64,000 nucleotides of DNA from a virus (IMGVR_UViG_3300027769_000023:1-64000); one strand, 5' to 3'; counted from the stretch's first letter, positions 7,004 to 15,836 are shown. The notes: generated by a model from the letters alone, not told the origin. Translations and numbers: made by a program.

Positions 7004-9133
7004 ATGGCAACAAGAATGCAACAGCGCAGGGGAACTGCAGCACAATGGATAGCAGCAGCACCAGTAGTTTTAGCAGCAGGAGAAATTGGTTTCGAAACAG
7101 ACACCAATCAGTTTAAGATGGGTGACGGAACAACCGAATGGCAAGTTCTGTCCTACTTTAAAAATCTAGAAGACCTAGGCGGATCACTTGATGATTATAT
7201 TCCTCTAACACAAAAGGGTATCGCAGGCGGAGTCCCAACTTTAGATTCAGGTGGACTCATTCCATTGGCTCAACTGCCAGGAGCAGCAGCCCTTGATGCA
7301 GAAGTAACATCTGCCGTATCAGCAGCAACTTCAGCACTCACAACTTCAATTAACACAGTAGATGCAAAGGTTGATACCAAGCATGGTATTGCAATGGCAG
7401 CAACAGAGGCAGCAATTTCTGCTGAAGTTACAAGAGCCAACGCTGCATACGATGTACAGGGAGCAGCAGCAACAGCACTTACAACTGCTCAGGCTCATGC
7501 ATTAACCGCAGCAGATGCTGCAGGAGATGTTGCAGAAGCAAATGCAAATACTTATACAAATACAACAGTTGAAGCAGCAATTGAAGCAGAAGAGACAAAT
7601 AGAGATGCTGCAATTTCAACTGCTGTCTCAGGAGCAATCTCAACAGAAGTTACAAACCGTAACACAGCAATTGATTCTGCAGTAGATGCAGAAGCAGTTC
7701 TTCGAGATGCAGCAATTTCAACACAGTCAGGTTTGGATAGAGCATACACAAACACCGCAGTTTCAACACTAAGCACTACTGTTGACACTAACTTGACTAC
7801 ACACATTGCAGACACTACAAATATTCACGGCATTGCAGATACAACTGCTCTTGCTACAAAGACTTATGCAGATACAGCAGTATCTACAGCAATGACAACA
7901 CACGAAGCAGACACTACATCCGTACACGGAATTGCAGATACATCACTTCTAGTAACAACAACTGGAACACAGACACTAACAAATAAGACACTAACAAGCC
8001 CAACAATTAATGGAGCAACTGTCGGTGGAAACGTAGTCCCATCTGTAGATAATACATATGACCTAGGCTCTCCTACTAACATGTGGAAAGATATTTATGT
8101 CGGTCCAGGATCTCTTTATGTTAATGGACAGAAAGTTCTTCAGGATGAGTCAGGAGCAATCGTTGTATCAGCAGATATTAACGAAAATCTAGGACTACGA
8201 ACAAGCGGAAGTGGTAACATTGAGTTTGATCCAACAGGAACAGGTTCTATTAATATTAAGGGGCCAGTAGTTGTCGAAGCAGGAGCAAACTTCTCAAGCG
8301 CAGACGGCAATGGAATTACATTCAGTAATGGATTAAAGTCTGACTCTGTTACAAGCAAGACAACAGATACAGACCTATCCTTGTCAGGTAATGGAACAGG
8401 AAAAGTTTATCTTAATGATAACGCAGAAGTAAATGGAAACCTTGTTGTTGGTGGAAACCTAACAGTAAGTGGAACAACAGTTTCAATTAATACTGAAACA
8501 ATCTCTTTGGCTGATAATATTATCGACCTAAACAGCAACTTTACTACTGGAACTCCAACAGAGAATTCAGGAGTAAGAGTTATCCGTGGAGACTCTAACG
8601 CAGTGCAAATTCGTTGGAACGAATCTACAGATGTTTGGGAGTTCACAAATGATGGAACAACATATTCCACAATTGCACCTCTCAACAACCCAACATTAAC
8701 AGCATCAATTGACGCAAAACTTGCTTCTGCAACAGCAGCAACAACATATGCACCAATTGCTTCTCCTACATTTACAGGAACAGTAACACTTCCAGCAGCA
8801 GGAATAGTATTCTCTGATGGAACACAGTCTAAGGTGGGAGTCCCTTCTGTTACAACAATTGCAACAGCATTGACTGCTAGCGGAACCCTTGCAGCAGGAG
8901 AGCAGGACAAGTTCGTCCCTATCACTGGAGCAGTTCAGGTAACACTTCCAGCAACTGGTTATTCAACTGGTCAGTCAATTGACTTCTATCAAGCATCAGG
9001 AACTGGCGCTTCATTTGCAGCAGCAAATAGCGTTGTAGGTACACCAGGGCTTAAGTTTAGAACTACAAACTCAGTTGTAACAGCAATGAAGACTTCAAGT
9101 GGATGGTTGGTCTTCGGAGACCTATCAGCATAA
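7004..9133 (+). CDS. Tail fibre with an Mtd_N-like N-terminal domain
   Basis: MQQRRGTAAQW...LAAGEIGFETDTNQFKMGDG (Mtd_N/hyaluronidase-type N-terminus), Ala/Thr coiled coil, HxADTTxxHGIADT repeats, C-terminal GDLSA. Confidence 0.8.
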   Translation: MATRMQQRRGTAAQWIAAAPVVLAAGEIGFETDTNQFKMGDGTTEWQVLSYFKNLEDLGGSLDDYIPLTQKGIAGGVPTLDSGGLIPLAQLPGAAALDAEVTSAVSAATSALTTSINTVDAKVDTKHGIAMAATEAAISAEVTRANAAYDVQGAAATALTTAQAHALTAADAAGDVAEANANTYTNTTVEAAIEAEETNRDAAISTAVSGAISTEVTNRNTAIDSAVDAEAVLRDAAISTQSGLDRAYTNTAVSTLSTTVDTNLTTHIADTTNIHGIADTTALATKTYADTAVSTAMTTHEADTTSVHGIADTSLLVTTTGTQTLTNKTLTSPTINGATVGGNVVPSVDNTYDLGSPTNMWKDIYVGPGSLYVNGQKVLQDESGAIVVSADINENLGLRTSGSGNIEFDPTGTGSINIKGPVVVEAGANFSSADGNGITFSNGLKSDSVTSKTTDTDLSLSGNGTGKVYLNDNAEVNGNLVVGGNLTVSGTTVSINTETISLADNIIDLNSNFTTGTPTENSGVRVIRGDSNAVQIRWNESTDVWEFTNDGTTYSTIAPLNNPTLTASIDAKLASATAATTYAPIASPTFTGTVTLPAAGIVFSDGTQSKVGVPSVTTIATALTASGTLAAGEQDKFVPITGAVQVTLPATGYSTGQSIDFYQASGTGASFAAANSVVGTPGLKFRTTNSVVTAMKTSSGWLVFGDLSA

Positions 9134-9156
9134 TACAAAATTAAAGGAGAATAAAT

Positions 9157-10476
9157 ATGTCAAAGCAAGCAGGTAGAATGAGCCAGTCGTCAAATGACTT
9201 CTTGGCCCCATACGCACCAACAATAGGAACGGCAACAGATGTTGGAACTGGTAGAGCATACAATAATGGAGCAGTAACAATTACTTTTACTGCAGATCCA
9301 CGCAATGTAGCAACATCATTTACAGCAACAGCCAGCACGGGACAAACTGTAACAGGTGCATCTTCTCCGTTAACACTTACTGGATTTGCATCAGAAGCAG
9401 TTGCAACCATTACAGTAACAGCAACAAATGATTATGGAACTTCTCCTGCATCTGCAGCATCTAATTCAGTAACAGTAACAACTGTTCCAGCACAGCCAGC
9501 AGCACCAGGAGCATCATCCCCATCAGGAACATCATATGATACTGTAACTTGGACTGCACCTGCAAATGGTGGAAAAGCAATTACTAATTACTATGTTTAT
9601 TCATCTGACGGCAAGCCAAATAATACAGCATCTACATCAATAAACGTAAACCAAGAAGCGGGAACAGCACAGACATATAACGTTCGTGCTGACAATGCAA
9701 ATGGATCTTCTGTAACATCTGCTGAATCTGGATCAGTTACAACATTCTCATTCGTACCGTTTTCAGTATTTGGATTCTCTCCATTTAACGTGTTTGGATT
9801 TTCTCCAACACCTCCATTCGGAGTGTTTGGATTCTCTCCAACACCACCATTTGGTGTGTTTGGTTTCTCACCAACTCCTCCATTTGGAGTATTTGGATTC
9901 TCACCAGTAGCATTCGGAGTGTTTGGATTCTCTCCAACACCACCATCATTCTCTGTATTCGGGTTCTCTCCATCACCAAGATGTATTGATCAAGATACCC
10001 CAATTGCAACGGTTGGTCTAAATGGAGCAATTGTAATGAAGGCAGCAAAAGCAATCATTGCAGGAGATGAAGTTTATGCAGCACAATGGTCAGAACTTGT
10101 TGATGAATCATTCGGAACACCTTTTGATGACCCAAGTCCAACATTTACAAACCCTGAGTTAGTTGTAACAACAATTTCATCAGTTCAGGCAAGTACAAGA
10201 AGCACAACAGTATACTTTAATAATAACATGTCTAAGAGATTCTCTCTTGAAGAGCAGATCCTTGTTAAAAGAGATGGATACTATCAGTTTGTTGTTTCAG
10301 GTCAGGTTTTAGTTGGAGACGCAATAATTGAGGTTTCTGGTAATATATTCTCAGAAGCCTATGTTACAGACGTAACTCTAGTAAATGAAGATCGTGTAGT
10401 TTACACATTTGACTGTGAGCCTACAGACACTCTTATTGCTGGAAATATAGTCGTTCACAACGCTAAAGCATTCTAA
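9157..10476 (+). CDS. 2 x fibronectin type III + 7 x FxVFGFSP + C-terminal Hint (intein-like) domain
   Basis: FN3 motifs (VTWTAPANGGKAITNY, YNVRADNANGS). The Hint segment starts at Cys276 (C-IDQDT) and ends VVHN-AKAF. Confidence 0.8.
   Translation: MSKQAGRMSQSSNDFLAPYAPTIGTATDVGTGRAYNNGAVTITFTADPRNVATSFTATASTGQTVTGASSPLTLTGFASEAVATITVTATNDYGTSPASAASNSVTVTTVPAQPAAPGASSPSGTSYDTVTWTAPANGGKAITNYYVYSSDGKPNNTASTSINVNQEAGTAQTYNVRADNANGSSVTSAESGSVTTFSFVPFSVFGFSPFNVFGFSPTPPFGVFGFSPTPPFGVFGFSPTPPFGVFGFSPVAFGVFGFSPTPPSFSVFGFSPSPRCIDQDTPIATVGLNGAIVMKAAKAIIAGDEVYAAQWSELVDESFGTPFDDPSPTFTNPELVVTTISSVQASTRSTTVYFNNNMSKRFSLEEQILVKRDGYYQFVVSGQVLVGDAIIEVSGNIFSEAYVTDVTLVNEDRVVYTFDCEPTDTLIAGNIVVHNAKAF
9760..9972 (+). 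repeat. Coding tandem repeat, 7 x FxVFGFSP with TPP spacers
   Basis: Read from the translation; codons are synonymously diverged between units. Confidence 0.95.
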
Positions 10477-10492
10477 TAAAGCGTATAGCATA

Positions 10493-11164
10493 ATGGTAGG
10501 TATTAGAAATTATTCTAGTATCTACCATTTGCACATTCCCAGAACGGCTGGAGTGTTTTTAAGAAATCATTTATTACAAGAGTTTCATGGTAAAGAATGC
10601 TTTGCAACTCATTATGATCCAATTGATAAAAACTCTTTAATGCAAAAATATTATGTAGGTGGTCATTTTGGAACAAGCCCTATCTCATATATGGACAACC
10701 CACTAGTCTTTACTGTATTAAGAAATCCAATTGATAGGTTTATTAGTTATGCAAAATACACAAGGTCATTCTTTCAAAAAGACTCTATGGATGAACTTAT
10801 TTATGGACAATACTCTAGCCTACATGAAAATACACAAACCAAGTTTATAACAAATAATATAGATATAGATAAATACAACACAAATCTTGTAAGTCCAGAG
10901 ACAATTCAGAATAATTGGTTCATAGGACAAAAAGAATCTTTTGATTTAGCAAAAGACTTTATTGATAATAATGTTGTAGTTACACTAGAAGACATAGATA
11001 AACTGCCTGACATTTTAGGTATTGAAAAGTTTAAAAATATGTCAAAAGTAAATGAGACAAGAAATTTAAGTGGGGTAACAAAAGAGCAGTATGATAAAAT
11101 TGTATCTATGAATGAGTTAGATCTGGAGGTTTACCAATATGCAAAAACTAAAAAAAACTACTGA
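10493..11164 (+). CDS. Sulfotransferase-family protein
   Basis: HIPRTAG (5'-phosphosulfate-binding loop) and FTVLRNPIDRFISY (3'-phosphate-binding motif). Confidence 0.8.
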   Translation: MVGIRNYSSIYHLHIPRTAGVFLRNHLLQEFHGKECFATHYDPIDKNSLMQKYYVGGHFGTSPISYMDNPLVFTVLRNPIDRFISYAKYTRSFFQKDSMDELIYGQYSSLHENTQTKFITNNIDIDKYNTNLVSPETIQNNWFIGQKESFDLAKDFIDNNVVVTLEDIDKLPDILGIEKFKNMSKVNETRNLSGVTKEQYDKIVSMNELDLEVYQYAKTKKNY

Positions 11165-11705
11165 TTGGTCAATCTTACATATTAAAGATTATAACGTAGA
11201 CCACTTGGTTAGGTACTCTGCTTCATTAAACTCTGAGTGGTTCTACGACACATCCAGACAACAAACCTATAAAACACATAAAGATACCCAAATGTTTCCT
11301 ATTCGTTTTATGGATTATGAGTGGAATCCTGGAGACCCCATTACAATTCTAAACAAAAATAATATAATTGATATAGAGGCTAAAGAGCAACTAGATAGTA
11401 TAATTAATGATCTAGAAAAAGACTATGAGTCAAAAGTAGTAAGAATTGAATTTGTTAGAATGCCAGCCCAGACATCTGTCAGACCACATGTTGATGGTGG
11501 AGACATGCTTTACCTTATTAGAAGGTGTCACCTACCAATGGTTACCCACGAGGATGTTCTATTTACAGTTTTAGATAATACACTGAATATGAAGGTCGGA
11601 AGCGCATATGAGATTAATAATGGAATGCCACATTCTGTTATAAATAAAAGCGGGATAGATAGAATTCATCTAATTATAGATCTACTCCCAAATGAGCATT
11701 TTTAG
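11139..11705 (+). CDS. Asp/Asn beta-hydroxylase-like 2OG-Fe(II) oxygenase
   Basis: PHVD...RCHLP...YEINN..PHSVIN...RIHLIIDL. Confidence 0.8.
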   Translation: MQKLKKTTDWSILHIKDYNVDHLVRYSASLNSEWFYDTSRQQTYKTHKDTQMFPIRFMDYEWNPGDPITILNKNNIIDIEAKEQLDSIINDLEKDYESKVVRIEFVRMPAQTSVRPHVDGGDMLYLIRRCHLPMVTHEDVLFTVLDNTLNMKVGSAYEINNGMPHSVINKSGIDRIHLIIDLLPNEHF

Positions 11706-11710
11706 CAATA

Positions 11711-11719
11711 TGATATACT
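11711..11719 (+). promoter_or_regulatory. Extended -10 promoter (TGATATACT)
   Basis: Intergenic, followed by a GAGGAG SD and ATG 11747. Confidence 0.7.
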
Positions 11720-11746
11720 TATAAAGTAACCTACAGAGGAGTAAGA

Positions 11747-12409
11747 ATGCAGTCAAACTATCCACCAGAAATTAAAAGTGTCAGCCAGTCAGTCCAGCCA
11801 CATAAGTTTTTTGAAAGAAATGTAACTGGAGATCTACCAAAGTTAGTAAAAGAACTTGAAGATAGATACAGTAAGATTGAGCGTGCAGAACTCCTTGGTG
11901 TTTCACCACTTAAAGATAATGAATCTTGGAAGCAGTCTAATAGTGTTTCAACAATGAAGTGGAGAGAGTATAACGTTTTTCAGTTCCACATCGATGAACT
12001 GTATGACCTATACAAGTCTATTTCTGACATGACAAAAGAAGCCTGTGAATACTATGAAATTGATTTTGAAAAGCAAAAATTCTTTATTCAGGGTTGGTTT
12101 AATATTAATCATACTAAAAAGGGAAAGTTAGATTGGCACGATCATGGTCCTTGGGGAGCCCCTAATTTTCATGGCTACTATTGCGTTAAGGCAGAGCCTT
12201 CGTCTACATATTACAAAGTATTTGACAAAGAAGTTGAAAATAAAAATATTGATGGAAGAGCCATTTTATCTGAGATGGGACATCCACATGCACAAGCAGA
12301 CTGGGACTGGGAAGGTCCAAGAGTTACTGTAGCATATGATGTAATTCCATTGTTTGGACTAAAACAAAATGGAATGCACCAAGAGCAGCATTGGATTCCT
12401 TTGGTATGA
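11747..12409 (+). CDS. Putative 2OG-Fe(II) oxygenase, paralog A
   Basis: WFN...WHDH...FHGYY...GHPH...RVTVAYD: facial-triad residues plus the 2OG-binding Arg. Confidence 0.7.
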   Translation: MQSNYPPEIKSVSQSVQPHKFFERNVTGDLPKLVKELEDRYSKIERAELLGVSPLKDNESWKQSNSVSTMKWREYNVFQFHIDELYDLYKSISDMTKEACEYYEIDFEKQKFFIQGWFNINHTKKGKLDWHDHGPWGAPNFHGYYCVKAEPSSTYYKVFDKEVENKNIDGRAILSEMGHPHAQADWDWEGPRVTVAYDVIPLFGLKQNGMHQEQHWIPLV

Positions 12410-13041
12410 GTCCAGTCAAAGTAAATAAAGATCACAAATTTTTTGAAAGATTTTTAACAAATGATTTAGATTCTCTATCTTCATATTTAATTCAAAAACA
12501 AGATGATCTGTATGCTGGCAAGGTTCCAAACATTGGAATAGATCATGCAAGTCAAATTCATGGTGTTCATAATCTTGGAGATAAATATAACATCTTTCAG
12601 TTCCATAACGATGCCATTCACAGCCTGTATGAGGCTCTTAGAGAGATGACTGTAGAGGCTTGCGAGTATTATGGTATAGACTTTAAACAAAGTCAGTTTA
12701 TGATTCAGGGATGGTTTAATACTGACGGAATTAAGTCACCACCTACAGATTTGGACTCTCATTATCATGATCATCTTGGAGGAACAGGAGCCCCTAATTT
12801 TCATGGATATTATTGTGTTTCTGCTGAACCATCTAGCACTTATTATAAGATAGGTGGTCATGAAGGAAGTGCATTTGAAAATAAGAACCTTAACAATAGA
12901 GCAATTCTTTCCGAAACAGGACACCCACATGGCATTGGTCCTTGGGTATCAGATGAGCCAAGAATTACTATAGCCTACGACATATCTCCATTGCGTTATA
13001 TGTCTGGAGATAAAGAACAACACTGGGTTCCCCTTGCATGA
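12406..13041 (+). CDS. Putative 2OG-Fe(II) oxygenase, paralog B
   Basis: Shares long blocks with paralog A (HKFFER, EACEYY.IDF, GAPNFHGYYCV.AEPSSTYYK, EQHW.PL). An ATGA overlap supports start 12406. Confidence 0.7.
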   Translation: MSPVKVNKDHKFFERFLTNDLDSLSSYLIQKQDDLYAGKVPNIGIDHASQIHGVHNLGDKYNIFQFHNDAIHSLYEALREMTVEACEYYGIDFKQSQFMIQGWFNTDGIKSPPTDLDSHYHDHLGGTGAPNFHGYYCVSAEPSSTYYKIGGHEGSAFENKNLNNRAILSETGHPHGIGPWVSDEPRITIAYDISPLRYMSGDKEQHWVPLA

Positions 13042-13166
13042 AAAACCTGATTTGCTTTTTGTTTGGGCATAAAGTAGTTTCAACAACATGTCCTTACACA
13101 AAAGCAACATATTCACAATGTCAAAGATGTGCTCCAAAAGCACACAGTAAATCAACTTTTAATTAA
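13038..13166 (+). CDS. 42-aa Cys/His microprotein (C.LFGH...C...C..C)
   Basis: MKNLICFLFGHKVVSTTCPYTKATYSQCQRCAPKAHSKSTFN; ATGA overlap with the upstream stop; below the ORF-track cutoff. Confidence 0.6.
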   Translation: MKNLICFLFGHKVVSTTCPYTKATYSQCQRCAPKAHSKSTFN

Positions 13167-13211
13167 CTCTCAACCACTTGTTTAGGTAGAGTTTTGCTTT
13201 TTAGAAAACTC

Positions 13212-13220
13212 TGCTATACT
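13212..13220 (+). promoter_or_regulatory. Extended -10 promoter (TGCTATACT) for the RNR gene
   Basis: Intergenic; AAAGGA SD before ATG 13255. Confidence 0.7.
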
Positions 13221-13254
13221 TAAGACTTATTCCGTTTTTGAAAGGACGATACAC

Positions 13255-15285
13255 ATGTCAGATTTTTTTAGTTTTAGACTTCCAGAGGACTTTGTAGAAA
13301 AATATAAATCTCAAGAAAATCCATTTGGTTTTAAAGATGCAGCAGAAAACTCACTTGGAGAAATTACTTTTATTCGTACATATTCTCGTATGAAGGAAGA
13401 TGGAACAAAAGAAAGATGGCATGAAGTTTGTCGCCGTGTAATTGAGGGTATGTATTCAGTTCAGAAGAATCACGCCAAAGAAAATCGTCTACCATGGAAT
13501 GATTATAAGGCTCAGAAGTCAGCACAAGAAGCATTTCAAAGAATGTTTGAATTAAAGTGGACACCACCAGGACGAGGTATGTGGGCTTTTGGAACTCCTA
13601 TGACTATGGAGAAAAAGAACTCAGCAGCACTACAGAACTGTGCAATGGTTTCGACAAAAGATCTTGACAAGAACGATCCAGGAGCCCTATTTGCTTGGGT
13701 TATGGATGCCCTAATGCTTGGGATTGGTGTAGGGTTTGATACAGTAGGACAGGATAAGAATTTCTCAATCTATGCCCCAACAGAACCAGAACAGGTGTTC
13801 GAAATTCCAGACACTCGTGAAGGCTGGGTAGAATCTGTAAGACTTTTAATTAACTCTTATTTGAGAGCAAACCAAAGCATTCAGAAGTTTAGTTATGATT
13901 TGATTAGACCTCTAGGAGCCCCAATAAAGGGCTTTGGAGGCGTTGCATCAGGACCTGCACCTCTTATCAAGTTGCACGACCATATAGACCGTGTAATCGG
14001 CTCCAGAGCAGGTGAAACACTAGACTCTCGTGCTATCGTAGACTTAGTAAACCTTATTGGCACCTGCGTTGTATCAGGTAACGTTCGTCGCTCAGCAACC
14101 CTTGCTTTGGGCAATGCAGGGGATGAAACATTCATGAATTTAAAGAACTCAGATATGTTCCCAGAGCGTAACTCATTTGATCCAGAGAATCCAGGTTGGG
14201 CTTGGATGTCTAATAATTCTATTTCAGCAGAAGTAGGAACAAAGTACGGAGACTATGTAGATTTAATTACGGAAAACGGAGAACCAGGATTTATCTGGCT
14301 TGATGTTGCTCGTAATTATGGCAGACTAAAGGATGCGCCAGATGGAAAAGACTATCGTGTGATGGGCTTTAATCCCTGTGCGGAGCAGCCATTAGAATCA
14401 TATGAACTATGTACACTTGTAGAAGTGCACCTAAATCGTCATGAATCTAAGGAAGACTTCCTGCGTACCCTAAAGTTTGCATACCTTTATGGAAAAACTG
14501 TAACACTTGTTCCAACACATTGGCCACAAACAAACGGTATTATGCAACGTAATCGTCGTATTGGAACATCTCTTACTGGTATTGCATCATTTGCAGATCA
14601 AAAAGGCTTACCAATTGTCCGTGAATGGATGGACGAAGGCTACAATAAGATTCGTCACTATGACCACCAATATTCAGAATGGTTATGTGTTCGTGAATCA
14701 ATTCGTGTAACAACAGTAAAGCCATCGGGATCAGTTTCAATTCTTTCTGGTGCAACACCTGGAGTTCACTGGGGTCCTGGAGGAGAGTTCTTCCTTCGTG
14801 CAGTTCGATTTGGAAATACAGATCCAATGATGCATTTGTTCAAAGCAGCAGGGTACACAATCGAAGATGACGTAGTGTCAGCAAACACATCAGTTGTATA
14901 CTTTCCAATCAAGTCAGGTCATCCAAGATCTGAAAAGGATGTTACATTATTTGAGAAGATTGCACTTGCTGCAACTGCTCAGAAGTACTGGTCAGACAAT
15001 GGTGTTTCTGTAACGCTTTCATTTGACAAGGAAACAGAATCAAAGCACGTTGTTCCAGCACTGCATATGTACGAGGGGCAATTAAAGGCAGTTTCATTCC
15101 TTCCAATGGGAAATCACACGTATCCACAACAGCCATACACTCAGATTACTGAGGAGGAGTATAATGGTTATATTGGCAAATTGAAGCACATTGACTTTGG
15201 AGCAATTTACGACGGTGTAGATAATCTTGAGGCCCAAGGTGAAGCATATTGCACAACAGACTATTGTGAAATTAAGGTGAACTAA
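13255..15285 (+). CDS. nrdJ: Class II (adenosylcobalamin-dependent), monomeric RTPR-type ribonucleotide reductase
   Basis: PPGRG.W, ALQNC, GNVRRSA, FNPCAEQPLESYELCTL, TVKPSGS and C-terminal CTTDYC; no NrdB/F partner nearby. Confidence 0.9.
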   Translation: MSDFFSFRLPEDFVEKYKSQENPFGFKDAAENSLGEITFIRTYSRMKEDGTKERWHEVCRRVIEGMYSVQKNHAKENRLPWNDYKAQKSAQEAFQRMFELKWTPPGRGMWAFGTPMTMEKKNSAALQNCAMVSTKDLDKNDPGALFAWVMDALMLGIGVGFDTVGQDKNFSIYAPTEPEQVFEIPDTREGWVESVRLLINSYLRANQSIQKFSYDLIRPLGAPIKGFGGVASGPAPLIKLHDHIDRVIGSRAGETLDSRAIVDLVNLIGTCVVSGNVRRSATLALGNAGDETFMNLKNSDMFPERNSFDPENPGWAWMSNNSISAEVGTKYGDYVDLITENGEPGFIWLDVARNYGRLKDAPDGKDYRVMGFNPCAEQPLESYELCTLVEVHLNRHESKEDFLRTLKFAYLYGKTVTLVPTHWPQTNGIMQRNRRIGTSLTGIASFADQKGLPIVREWMDEGYNKIRHYDHQYSEWLCVRESIRVTTVKPSGSVSILSGATPGVHWGPGGEFFLRAVRFGNTDPMMHLFKAAGYTIEDDVVSANTSVVYFPIKSGHPRSEKDVTLFEKIALAATAQKYWSDNGVSVTLSFDKETESKHVVPALHMYEGQLKAVSFLPMGNHTYPQQPYTQITEEEYNGYIGKLKHIDFGAIYDGVDNLEAQGEAYCTTDYCEIKVN

Positions 15286-15815
15286 TGCAAAACTTTATAG
15301 ATCAAATCCATTATGTAAAAGGGTTTATGCCAAAAGATGTAGCAGAAAGAATTGGGTCATATGCAAAAGACCACACTCTATTGTTTGATGAGTTTGGAAA
15401 TGGAGAAAAAGAGTTTACAGTACACACATATCATTCAATTGAAAAGCATGACCCTGCACTATTAAAGACAATGCAAGAGTATGCAAATAAAGTCTATGAG
15501 TTTGTTAAAGAAAAATATGAAGGACCGTTTCAAGACTTTTATGAAACAAAAACTCATATAGCAAAGTTTATGCCAGGATGGGGAATGCATGAGCACTATG
15601 ATGCTAGCAGACCTAATGACATAGCAACTTTAGTTTATATAAATGATGATTATGTTGGAGGAGAAATTTACTTTCCAGCCTATGATATTTCATATAAGCC
15701 AGAGCCAGGAGATTTGCTTTGCTTCCCAGATAACCCAGATTTTGTTCATGGAGTTAAAGAAATCAATGATGGAATTCGATATACAACTCCTCGCTGGTTT
15801 ACCCGCATTGTGTGA
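15285..15815 (+). CDS. Prolyl-4-hydroxylase-like 2OG-Fe(II) oxygenase
   Basis: HEHYD...LVYINDDYVGGEIYFP...HGVKEI..GIRYT; TAATG-coupled to nrdJ. Confidence 0.85.
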   Translation: MQNFIDQIHYVKGFMPKDVAERIGSYAKDHTLLFDEFGNGEKEFTVHTYHSIEKHDPALLKTMQEYANKVYEFVKEKYEGPFQDFYETKTHIAKFMPGWGMHEHYDASRPNDIATLVYINDDYVGGEIYFPAYDISYKPEPGDLLCFPDNPDFVHGVKEINDGIRYTTPRWFTRIV

Positions 15816-15821
15816 TAAAAT
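15813..15821 (+). promoter_or_regulatory. Extended -10 promoter (TGATAAAAT) overlapping a TGA stop
   Basis: The TGA stop of 15285..15815 supplies the TGn; AGGAGA SD; ATG 15837. Confidence 0.55.
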
Positions 15822-15836
15822 AGACTAGGAGAACCT

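Noticed and set aside
7004-10476. Diversity-generating retroelement suggested by the Mtd_N-like domain and two similar repeat regions
   Set aside because: No reverse transcriptase or Avd in the window. Differences between the two repeat arrays are synonymous third-position changes, not adenine-specific, and both arrays are coding.
13167-13254. NrdR box or cobalamin riboswitch upstream of nrdJ
   Set aside because: No palindromic NrdR-like site recognised, and the leader is only ~30 nt.
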